A DNA stretch of 64,000 nucleotides. It comes from an uncultured Actinomycetota bacterium. GTDB lineage: Bacteria > Actinomycetota > Acidimicrobiia > Acidimicrobiales > Bog-793. Positions 8,750 through 16,811 of this stretch are shown here, piece by piece. A program made the translations under genes and the position numbers. The DNA is taken from NCBI GenBank assembly GCA_963735115.1, contig CAVTJR010000001.1, positions 401,958 through 465,957 on the forward strand, read 5' to 3'. Under the pieces are notes generated by a model. It was not told the DNA's origin. It saw only the letters and a list, made by a program, of their open reading frames with translations, and searched no databases. How positions within the stretch are numbered: the stretch's first letter is position 1; every line of letters starts with the position of its first letter.

Positions 8750-10072
8750 ATGTCAATGAAATCACAGAGCGCTCACCGCTTCTCGGGCTCCAGGCGGGTG
8801 GTCCTCGCCATCGTTCTCGCCGTGGCCATGACGATCACTTGGGCCGCGGCGGCAAGCGCAAGCAAGGACGTAACCGCCACCGATCACGCCAGGCTAGCCA
8901 CCGCGCTCGTCACGCCGACAGCAAAGCAAGTCTCGGCTCTCATCGTGCCCGCCAGCCAGGGCGACCCGCTGAGCGAACTCCAACTCCATCTGATGTCGAG
9001 GTTCTCCGGCAGCTTCGGCGGAATCTACGTCGACAAGAGCGGTCAGTTCGTGGTTGCCACCGACGGCTCACCGCCTGCTGCGATGCGGCAATCAGTCGAG
9101 GACGGTTTTGCCACCGTGGCGCGCGTCCTGGGTAGCAGGGCAGGTCCGCGACCGTTGCTCCGCGTGGGCTACGCCGACACGGGGGCAACGCTCCAGCACC
9201 TCTATGAGCTGAAGGCTGCAATCCTGGACAACCCCTCCCTCCGCCGCGACGGCATCGATGGGGCGGGTCTCGACGTCGAGCGCGGTCGTGTCGTTGTGAT
9301 GACAGGCCGAGCGAGAGGGGCCGCCGCGGTCAAGGCGGACTACGGCTCTCAAGTCGAGGTGTTGCGCGACTCCGGATCAGCACTCACCGACGGCCGGTAC
9401 AACGACTCACCCGCCTGGAATGGCGGCGACGAGATCGTCACGCCGAGCTACGGGGAGACGACGTGCACTTCCGGCTTCGGCATGCAGGACGCCGAGACAG
9501 GCCAGACGTACTTGCTGACGGCGGGACACTGCGGAAGCGCCACCTGGTACAACACCGGCACGAACGACCCTGTCTACGACAGCGGCACCCTCATCGGAAA
9601 GACGCTGGCCGGTTCGGTGATGACGCGGACGATCGATGCACAGCTGGTCACGACGGACTCGTCGTGCATCTCGTGGGGTGACAAGAGCACGAAGACGTCG
9701 AACGACGTCCGCATCTACGTCTCCGGTTGGGACGACCCACCGCAAGGGGCGGCGATCGAGACGGAGGGAGCCGTGAGCCTCGAGGAGAAAGGCACCGTCG
9801 CCTACTACGACGTCTCGAAGGTGATCGCCGGCGAGAGCCTCGACGACCTCGACCTCGTGACCGCCGTGGGCATCGGCGGTGACTCGGGCGGCCCGCTCAT
9901 CTACCCCACCATCTTCGGCCCGCTCGCCGGCGGAACGGAGGTCGGCTGGTACGAGTCCGGTGACAACTCTTGGGGCGTCTTCCAGCTCATCGACGCCGAG
10001 ATGTACGTGTTCACGGCCCTCACGGGCGACCAGATCGTGCCGGTCACCGCCAGCACCCCCAGCAGCTGCTGA
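8750..10072 (+). CDS. secreted S1-family serine protease (streptogrisin/alpha-lytic type, with pro-region)
   Basis: Signal peptide (VVLAIVLAVAMTITWAAAASA). Long pro-region. Catalytic His in LLTAGHCG and Ser in GIGGDSGGPL. Confidence 0.85.
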   Translation: MSMKSQSAHRFSGSRRVVLAIVLAVAMTITWAAAASASKDVTATDHARLATALVTPTAKQVSALIVPASQGDPLSELQLHLMSRFSGSFGGIYVDKSGQFVVATDGSPPAAMRQSVEDGFATVARVLGSRAGPRPLLRVGYADTGATLQHLYELKAAILDNPSLRRDGIDGAGLDVERGRVVVMTGRARGAAAVKADYGSQVEVLRDSGSALTDGRYNDSPAWNGGDEIVTPSYGETTCTSGFGMQDAETGQTYLLTAGHCGSATWYNTGTNDPVYDSGTLIGKTLAGSVMTRTIDAQLVTTDSSCISWGDKSTKTSNDVRIYVSGWDDPPQGAAIETEGAVSLEEKGTVAYYDVSKVIAGESLDDLDLVTAVGIGGDSGGPLIYPTIFGPLAGGTEVGWYESGDNSWGVFQLIDAEMYVFTALTGDQIVPVTASTPSSC

Positions 10073-10150
10073 ATGCCGGCCGCATTCACCGTCGCCGACC
10101 GGACCACGACTCCGGCGGCGACGGTGGCCTGCTGCCCCGACACCGAGGGC

Positions 10151-10324
10151 TCAGGGGGCCTCCCGCCCGGGCCGCTCACGGTGCTCACGTTCCTCCAGCA
10201 GCCGTCGGAGCTGTTCGAGGACTCCGAGGGCCCTCTCGCGGGACAGCCCCTGCGGAGATTCGGACGGCAGCATCGCCACCGAGCGCCGAAGCCGCTCGAC
10301 TTCCCAAGATGTCAGATCGGCCAT
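10151..10324 (-). CDS. small hypothetical protein (57 aa) behind an SOS box
   Basis: ORF MADLTSWEVERLRRSVAMLPSESPQGLSRERALGVLEQLRRLLEEREHRERPGREAP. Start placed at the ATG at 10324 because the longer ORF would include the palindrome. No family recognised. Confidence 0.4.
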   Translation of the reverse strand: MADLTSWEVERLRRSVAMLPSESPQGLSRERALGVLEQLRRLLEEREHRERPGREAP

Positions 10325-10337
10325 GCGCCCATGGTAG

Positions 10338-10351
10338 CGAACACGTGTTCG
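10338..10351. promoter_or_regulatory. candidate LexA (SOS) box
   Basis: Perfect palindrome CGAACACGTGTTCG. It matches the Gram-positive/actinobacterial GAAC-N4-GTTC box and lies 14 nt upstream of the small minus-strand ORF. Confidence 0.55.
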
Positions 10352-10416
10352 ATTCATCTACTTGAGCCGGACCCAGGCGCACCGCCTCATCAGAGCGACC
10401 GCCGGCGAGGCGGAGC

Positions 10417-10872
10417 TCACTCCTGCTGGGCGTAGACGAGCTCAGCACGCAGATTCAGCAGACCAGCCTCGGTGGGCGTGAAGCCGCAGCTCTCCAGATA
10501 GAAGCCGGCGACCTCGCGGTCGAAGTCTGCGTGCAGCCACTCGCACCCGGATCGGCGCGCCGCCTCCGCCGCCAGCCTGACCAGCTCCGAGCCGATCCCC
10601 TGGTGCCGCTCACCCGGCCGAACCATGGTGTCGAGGAGGACGGCATGCACGCCCCCATCCCAGAGCACGTTGACGAAACCCACCAGCTCCTCGTCCAGTC
10701 GGGCGCACACCCAGCCAAGAGAGTGATTCTCCAGCTGGCGTTGCCACTGCGCGGGCTTCGGCGGATGATCAAACGCCTCGGCGTGAAGCCAGTCGAGCTC
10801 GAGCTCCTCTGCGGCGCCCCGCCACTCGTAGCTGACGGCAGCTTCCGTGATCACGAGAACAGTATTTCGCAC
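10417..10872 (-). CDS. GNAT-family N-acetyltransferase
   Basis: VRPGERHQGIGSELVRLAAEAARRSGCEWLHADF...FYLESCGF, the acetyl-CoA binding motif A. Confidence 0.8.
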   Translation of the reverse strand: MRNTVLVITEAAVSYEWRGAAEELELDWLHAEAFDHPPKPAQWQRQLENHSLGWVCARLDEELVGFVNVLWDGGVHAVLLDTMVRPGERHQGIGSELVRLAAEAARRSGCEWLHADFDREVAGFYLESCGFTPTEAGLLNLRAELVYAQQE

Positions 10873-10932
10873 GCCGGGCCGAAACGTGGTCTTTTGCCGA
10901 GCCGCCTGACCTGCGCCGGGACGGCCGAGCGG

Positions 10933-11142
10933 CTAGCCGCCGGAGGAATCGGACTCGGCACCCTCGGCGTAGTCAAGCGCCCAGCGGGCGGCCGCCTCCG
11001 CCACGTGCTCCTCAGCCTCGCGAAGCTTCTCGAGAAACGGCCCTCGTGGGTTCTCGATGACTTGCTCGACCAGCGCTTGGTAGGAGGCCGATGCCTCGCG
11101 AAGCGCCTGCTGGGCAGCCTTTGCCTTCTCGGAGAGGTTCAT
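10933..11142 (-). CDS. small acidic helical hypothetical protein
   Basis: 69-aa ORF with genome-typical codon usage in an otherwise empty gap. No family recognised. Confidence 0.4.
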   Translation of the reverse strand: MNLSEKAKAAQQALREASASYQALVEQVIENPRGPFLEKLREAEEHVAEAAARWALDYAEGAESDSSGG

Positions 11143-11222
11143 CGTCGACGAGGATACGCCGACATGCCCCGCCGCCCGTGGCGGGGGCGCCGGCAGAGTC
11201 CGGCGCCCCCTCGACGGGTTGC

Positions 11223-13325
11223 TCAGAACTTCGAGAGAGCCCAGATGAAGGCGCCGCCGACGGATCCGAGCCCTGTCATGCTGTCGAACCCGGCAGCGGT
11301 CGTCAGCGTGACGGGACGCGTCGCGCAGTTGCCGGTTCCATCGCAGTAGGTCTCCGGCCCCTGGTAGTCAAAGACGCGAAGGCTGACGATGTATCCGGCC
11401 GAGTTGTTGACGCTGTTGGCGTAGTCGACCCGGATGACGGCGGCCGAGTCCGGGCTGGACGGCGGCACGATGTCGTTGAATGCAGTCGGGTATTCCGAGT
11501 ACGCCTTGTACAGGGTCGGGTTGAGGAACCCCAGGGCTATCCCGGCCGCCTGATCGGCGTCGGCAACGACACCGGCGAGCAGCGGCGAGGCGAGGCTGGT
11601 GCCACCCTCCTTGAATTGGTCGTAGTACACCCCGTCCGGGAACGTCTGCGTCAGCCCGATGAGCATGCCGGTCTGGGCGTCGGCGTCCATGGAGATGTCA
11701 GGTAGCACGCGAAGCGGCACAGGTCCGAAGAGTGGCTCGTTTCTCAGCGCGAGGTCGCTCGGGACCACACTGGCCTGGTAGTAGGGCTGGGTGTAGTAGT
11801 AGCTCGTTCCACCGCCACCGCCTACCTGGAAGGCAAGGGCGCCCGCCGGGGCAGTCGAGGAACCGCAGGAGGTCGTCGATGACGAGGTCTCGCACAGCAC
11901 CTGCTTGCCGGTCGACCAGCCGTACTCGGCCGTCCGAGCGTTCGCCCCGTTGATCTCGAGCGTCGTGCCCCCGACGGCAGTCACGTACGGGCTGCTCGCT
12001 GGGTAATCCGGCGCCGCAATTCCGCTGATGGCGAAGTTGTCCCCGTCGTCGCCACTCGAGAACAGAACGCTCACGCCGGTGACGTCGGCCATCATGAACG
12101 TGTCGTCGAAGGCCGCGTGCGTGGCTGCGTCGTCGAAGAGGTCACCGAGGGTGTCGCCCCACGAGTCGGTGACCACCGACGCCCCGCTCTCAACGGCGGT
12201 CGTCAGAGCGGTGAGGAGGCTCGAGTCAAAGCAGTCCTGCGCTCCCACGAACAAGATGTCGGCCCCCGGGGCCATCGTGTGCGACGCCTCGACGTCAAGG
12301 GCCTGCTCCGGGTACCAACCGCTCCCGTCACACTCCGCCTGGTCGTCGACCGTCGACGGAGGCAGGTTGATGAACTGGCTTGACTTCAGCGGAATCGCCG
12401 GGTCGTTCTGCTGGAAGTACCTGTGGGTGTCGGAGAACAACGTCGGTGAGTCGTAGGCGTCGACGATGGCGATGGCGACGCCACTGCCGTTGTCGCCCGC
12501 CTTGATCTCCCCCGACAGCCCGTAGGCACCCTCGAGCTGAGCCGGCTTGTAGCCGCAGGTGTCGTACGGCAGCGGAGCCGTGTACGGCGCGTACAGCGAG
12601 GAGGCGTCTGCGGTGTCAGTCTTCTGACCCCAGTAGCTCGAGCAGGGCTGCGGGTTGCGGAATCCGGCCGGCGGTGCGGGCTCCTGTGCCGGCTTCGCCT
12701 TCTTCTTGGCTGGAGCCTGCGACTCGAGCGCCAGGTCGGTTGTCGCCAGGTACTGGTTGACGCCGAGCACGCCGGAGACGATGCCGGCAAGCGAGGCGGG
12801 AATCGAGAGGGCGCCGTTGGCGAGACGCACGGTGTGGCCGTTCACGTCGAAGTAGCCAAGAGTGACGCCGAACGCCAGCTCGACCTGCAAGGCCGTGCCC
12901 TTGGCGGACACGAAGAGGCGGTCCTTCGGCACGGAACCGACGACGAAACCTTCCTTGCGCAGCCAGCTCTCGGCTCGCGCCACGTCGGCCCGGCTCGGCG
13001 CGAAGCGGGCGTTCCACTGCGCGTCGCTCAGGTAGTGACGGTAGAGGGCGGAGCCCGGGTCCGAGACGGCCTTGACGAACGCCTCCGCCCCGGAGGCGTT
13101 GCGAAGCGTGAGCAGGAGGTCAAATTTCACCTGGGTGTTCAGTGAGACCTTCCCCCTCGGATGAGCGCGCTCGGCGGCGGGCGCGAGCGATCCGCGCAAC
13201 TCGACACGACGCGGTGCCGATCTGGCGGAGGTGGCGGAGGCGGCGGACGGCACCGCCATTGCCACCACAACGGACACGACCAGCCCTACTGATCCCAGCA
13301 AGGCCCACGATCGGGCAGCTTTCAT
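11223..13325 (-). CDS. S53 (sedolisin/kumamolisin-like) secreted peptidase with pro-domain
   Basis: Signal peptide. Pro-kumamolisin-type activation domain (YRHYLSDAQWNARFAPSRADVARAESWLRKEGF). Catalytic Ser motif GGTSLASPLLAG. Confidence 0.85.
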   Translation of the reverse strand: MKAARSWALLGSVGLVVSVVVAMAVPSAASATSARSAPRRVELRGSLAPAAERAHPRGKVSLNTQVKFDLLLTLRNASGAEAFVKAVSDPGSALYRHYLSDAQWNARFAPSRADVARAESWLRKEGFVVGSVPKDRLFVSAKGTALQVELAFGVTLGYFDVNGHTVRLANGALSIPASLAGIVSGVLGVNQYLATTDLALESQAPAKKKAKPAQEPAPPAGFRNPQPCSSYWGQKTDTADASSLYAPYTAPLPYDTCGYKPAQLEGAYGLSGEIKAGDNGSGVAIAIVDAYDSPTLFSDTHRYFQQNDPAIPLKSSQFINLPPSTVDDQAECDGSGWYPEQALDVEASHTMAPGADILFVGAQDCFDSSLLTALTTAVESGASVVTDSWGDTLGDLFDDAATHAAFDDTFMMADVTGVSVLFSSGDDGDNFAISGIAAPDYPASSPYVTAVGGTTLEINGANARTAEYGWSTGKQVLCETSSSTTSCGSSTAPAGALAFQVGGGGGTSYYYTQPYYQASVVPSDLALRNEPLFGPVPLRVLPDISMDADAQTGMLIGLTQTFPDGVYYDQFKEGGTSLASPLLAGVVADADQAAGIALGFLNPTLYKAYSEYPTAFNDIVPPSSPDSAAVIRVDYANSVNNSAGYIVSLRVFDYQGPETYCDGTGNCATRPVTLTTAAGFDSMTGLGSVGGAFIWALSKF

Positions 13326-13699
13326 CTTTCCTCCTTCGAGCAGCGTTGCTACGAAGATCCCGCCGGTTCAGCGAGTCGATGGGAACCCTACCGACGCTCC
13401 GCCCGGGAGGCAACGGGTGAAAATTCGACGCTTCGCCGCTCGAGGTGACCGACGCTCAGCGAGGCGGTTTCGCGGTGGACAGCTCGAGGATCGCCCATCG
13501 TCCACCTCCCTGCCGAGCGCCCGCCTGTCGCCCGCTTGAGCGCTCAATCTAGGATTTCGGAATCAGCACGCCGCGCCGCCGCCACCTTCAAGACGGCTCC
13601 GAGCCGACCAGGAGCGACCAGCCTGGCGAGCCGCGCAGCCGTCCTGCGCCGCCCGGGGGGGACGAGGGCCCCTTCTCGCCCGACCGATGGGCAAGCCCG

Positions 13700-14893
13700 G
13701 TGCGGGGCCCGTGGCTGACCTCGGTGTTCGGGCTCGTGCTGCTGATCGGCATCCCGATCGAGTTCGTCACAGGGCTTCTCTCCTACGATGCCTACAACCC
13801 GAGGCTGGCCGGTGAGCCCAACCCGAATCACGGGTTGTTCGGGCTCTACCTGTTCAACTGGTTGACGACGCCGAGCTGGTTTTACCGCCTCAACGAGGGC
13901 GTCCACGTGATGCTCGGCCTGGCCCTCGTGCCAGTCGTGCTCGCCAAGCTGTGGTCGGTGATCCCGAAACTGTTCACCTGGCCGCCGTGGCGGTCGGTGG
14001 CACAGCTCTTGGAGCGCGTCAGTCTCGTCCTCGTCGTCGGCGGCATCGTCTTCGAGATGAGCACCGGGATCCTGAACATCGACTACAAGAACCCGATCGA
14101 GTTCTACAGCGGGCACTTCTACGGTGCCTGGGCCTTTATGGCGGGCTTCGTCCTGCACGTCTCCGTGAAGTTCGTAGACATGGTTCGCGCCCTCCGCTCG
14201 AGGCGCTTCAGGACCGAGCTGCGGACCGGGCTGGCCGACACGCTGCCCGAGACGGTCCACGACGATCTCGTGGCGCAGAACCCGGCGGCGCCGACCATCT
14301 CACGCCGGGGGATCCTCGCCTTCGTGGGTGGCACGTCCCTCACCGTCGTGCTGTTGACCGCCGGCGAAACCATCGGCGGCGCCATGCGGCGGTTGGCGCT
14401 CTTCGGCACGCATTACCGCTCACCTGACGTCGGAGCCAACCACTTCCCCGTCAACCACACGGCAGCCTCCCGAGGCATCACGGCCTCGAACACTGGTCCC
14501 GACTGGCGCCTCGTCCTTGTAGGTGGCCGCCGCCTCTCGCTCAGCAGGACGGACCTGTTGGCCATGCCGCTCACGACGGCGGACCTGCCGATTGCCTGCA
14601 CCGAGGGCTGGTCGACAACGCAGCGTTGGACAGGCGTCCCCCTTGCCGACCTCGCTCGCCTCGCCGGTGTCGAGAACCCAGGCACCTTGCAGCTCACGTC
14701 GCTCGACACCGACGTCGTGACCCTGTCGGGTTCACAGGTGTCGGCGCCCGAATCGATGCTGGCTTTGCGGGTGAATGGAGCCGACCTCTCCTTGGACCAC
14801 GGGTTCCCGGCCCGGGTCATCGTCCCGTCGGCGCCCGGGACGCTCAACACCAAATGGATGTCGGAGATTGTCTTCTCCGAAGGGCCGTCCTGA
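13700..14893 (+). CDS. membrane-bound molybdopterin-dependent oxidoreductase (sulfite-oxidase fold)
   Basis: N-terminal TM helices plus a C-terminal Mo-cofactor domain (IACTEGWSTTQRWTGVPLADL...LALRVNGADLSLDHGFPARVIVP). The conserved lead-in FSPDRWASPVRGPWLTS continues upstream without a start codon. It joins ORF 13536.. only across a G7 run, so the N-terminus is probably frame-disrupted. Confidence 0.8.
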   Translation: MRGPWLTSVFGLVLLIGIPIEFVTGLLSYDAYNPRLAGEPNPNHGLFGLYLFNWLTTPSWFYRLNEGVHVMLGLALVPVVLAKLWSVIPKLFTWPPWRSVAQLLERVSLVLVVGGIVFEMSTGILNIDYKNPIEFYSGHFYGAWAFMAGFVLHVSVKFVDMVRALRSRRFRTELRTGLADTLPETVHDDLVAQNPAAPTISRRGILAFVGGTSLTVVLLTAGETIGGAMRRLALFGTHYRSPDVGANHFPVNHTAASRGITASNTGPDWRLVLVGGRRLSLSRTDLLAMPLTTADLPIACTEGWSTTQRWTGVPLADLARLAGVENPGTLQLTSLDTDVVTLSGSQVSAPESMLALRVNGADLSLDHGFPARVIVPSAPGTLNTKWMSEIVFSEGPS

Positions 14894-14894
14894 G

Positions 14895-15365
14895 GTGCAG
14901 TGGCTTCGCCGCCATTACGGAGCGGGCCCCCTCCACCTCGTGGGGGTGCTGGCCTGCTTCGCCGTCGCCGCCTACGCCGTCACCCGCGTCCTGGGCCAAA
15001 GCGGATGGAAGGGAATCTTCTTGTGGTTCGTGGCCTGCCTGATCGGTCACGACCTCATCGGCTGGCCGATCTACTCAGCGGCCGACCGCGCCTTGGTCCG
15101 CATGCAGCGCCGCCGCGAGAGGCGGCGTCCCCTCGTGCCCTGGATCAACCACGTCCGGGTTCCCACCGTCATTTCTGGCGTCCTGCTGGCCATGTTCTTC
15201 CCGCTGATCTTCCGCCTCTCCAACACCTACTATGAAGGCAGCACCGGATTCAGCGAGAACGTCTACCTCGCCAACTGGCTCGTCGTGACCGGGATCCTCT
15301 TCGCCGCATCGGCCCTGATCTACCTACTGCGCCTAGGGCTGGCTCGCAAGCGAGCCCTCGGCTGA
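14895..15365 (+). CDS. integral membrane protein, unknown function
   Basis: GTG at 14895, 2 nt after the upstream stop. About 4 hydrophobic helices (LHLVGVLACFAVAAYAV, FLWFVACLIGHDLIGWPIY...). Confidence 0.5.
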   Translation: MQWLRRHYGAGPLHLVGVLACFAVAAYAVTRVLGQSGWKGIFLWFVACLIGHDLIGWPIYSAADRALVRMQRRRERRRPLVPWINHVRVPTVISGVLLAMFFPLIFRLSNTYYEGSTGFSENVYLANWLVVTGILFAASALIYLLRLGLARKRALG

Positions 15366-15407
15366 GCCGACAGCCCCTCATCCGCGTGATCCGCGCCGAG
15401 GAGAAGG

Positions 15408-16145
15408 CTATGCGGCGTAGTTCACGACGAACTCGGTGCCGCCGACCTTCAGACGCGTTGGCTCGGCGAGCACCTTCCCCTTCGGGGTTGTGGCGTCGAC
15501 CTTGACGAGTGGGTAGCTCCCCAACGACTTGCCATCGACCTTGCTGTCGGAGAACTTGACGTCGCTCCACTTGGGCCCCGAGGCAGCGGCTGGCTCTACG
15601 ACGACACCGACAAGGGTGGCGGTGGCCACGAACCCTGGGCCGGTGAACTTATGGGCGTGGCCCTTGACGGAGACGGTCACGGAACTGCTCGACGCCGTGT
15701 CGGTGATCTTGATGGTGATCTTGTCGCCCGACGCAATTCCCGTCAGGTACTTACCCTTCGTCTGGGGAGGGAAGATGACGAGTGCGATGTATTCGGCGCC
15801 CTTGGCACCGCACGCGCCAATGAACGACACCACCGCGCCCTGCTCCGGCGTGCCGTCGGTGCTCGATTTGCCCACCTCGAGATTCTCGTCAACGAAGCCC
15901 GACGTCGCCTTCGAGCACTTCAGCGCTGGGACCGTAAAAGCTGTTGTGGCGGACGTCACGCCCGACTTCTTCAGCCAGTAACCGGCAAAAATGCTGCCGG
16001 GCAGCGTCTTTGCCGGGGCGATGACGGACGGCGGCTGGCTGGCCGACGCGTGCGCGGCCGATGCCGGGATCGCCGTCGTCGCCAGAGTGCCGAACGCAGC
16101 CAGGACCGTCACCACCCCTGCGGCAACCGCGCGGTTCATGGTCAT
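15408..16145 (-). CDS. secreted protein; weak resemblance to the G1/A4 (eqolisin) peptidase fold
   Basis: Signal peptide MTMNRAVAAGVVTVLAAFGTLATTAIPASA at the ATG at 16145. FAGYWL...TSATTAFTVPAL resembles the NWAG..VTGTFTVP opening of G1 peptidases. No catalytic residues could be assigned. Confidence 0.5.
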   Translation of the reverse strand: MTMNRAVAAGVVTVLAAFGTLATTAIPASAAHASASQPPSVIAPAKTLPGSIFAGYWLKKSGVTSATTAFTVPALKCSKATSGFVDENLEVGKSSTDGTPEQGAVVSFIGACGAKGAEYIALVIFPPQTKGKYLTGIASGDKITIKITDTASSSSVTVSVKGHAHKFTGPGFVATATLVGVVVEPAAASGPKWSDVKFSDSKVDGKSLGSYPLVKVDATTPKGKVLAEPTRLKVGGTEFVVNYAA

Positions 16146-16342
16146 CGCACAGATTGATAGCACCGGACGGCGACCCACTCCAGTCTCGTCACCGTTCGGC
16201 CCTGTTCGACCTCCCCACCGGTCGTGGACGGGCAGATCGGATTGCCGACAGGAGCATGGCGCCTCGAGACGGCTCACCCCGAGCCCGGAGGCTTGGCGGC
16301 AGTGAGCAAGGGTCCGCTCGCCGTCCGTCGGCTTGACGAGCG

Positions 16343-16648
16343 CTAGTCGATGGCGGCGACGAGAAGACGAGACCCTGGCGGAGCAATCTGCTGAAAGTCC
16401 CCCGCCGTCGCTTGTCCTTCAGGAGACCCCAGTGCGCCCCCGAGCGCCTCCTGGTCGGCGAAGTACAGCTCGGCGATACGAAAGTACGGCTGATCCCCTC
16501 CGTCTGCTGCCGCCACCAGTCGCGCGCTCTCCCATCGTTCGAGACCGGGAATCTTCTCAACGAGGGGGGCATGCACAGCGAGATAGTGGCTGTCGAACGC
16601 CTCGGGATCCGCCGGCTGGGTGTAGAGCACTACGAGTTTTATCGTCAT
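16343..16648 (-). CDS. EthD-family protein
   Basis: 101-aa MTIKLVVLYTQPADPEAFDSHYLAVHAPLVEKIPGL...AELYFADQEAL, a typical EthD/TIGR02118 pattern. Confidence 0.7.
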   Translation of the reverse strand: MTIKLVVLYTQPADPEAFDSHYLAVHAPLVEKIPGLERWESARLVAAADGGDQPYFRIAELYFADQEALGGALGSPEGQATAGDFQQIAPPGSRLLVAAID

Positions 16649-16811
16649 GGAGACTCACCGTATTACGTCCGATCTGGCGCGTGAGGGGTCGCGGGCGCCT
16701 CGCCCGCGCGGGACTGACTCGGTGAGCCCGACCGCAAATGACACCGATGAGGGCTGGCTGACGGGATACCCTCTCGGCCGAAACGGCGGAATCGAGAGCG
16801 AGGAGCCTGCG

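Noticed and set aside
10073-10435. Plus-strand ORFs downstream of the S1 protease (9879-10337, 9970-10365, 10073-10435).
   Set aside because: They are overlapping Arg/Pro-rich frames without motifs. The minus-strand small ORF with the SOS box explains the region better.
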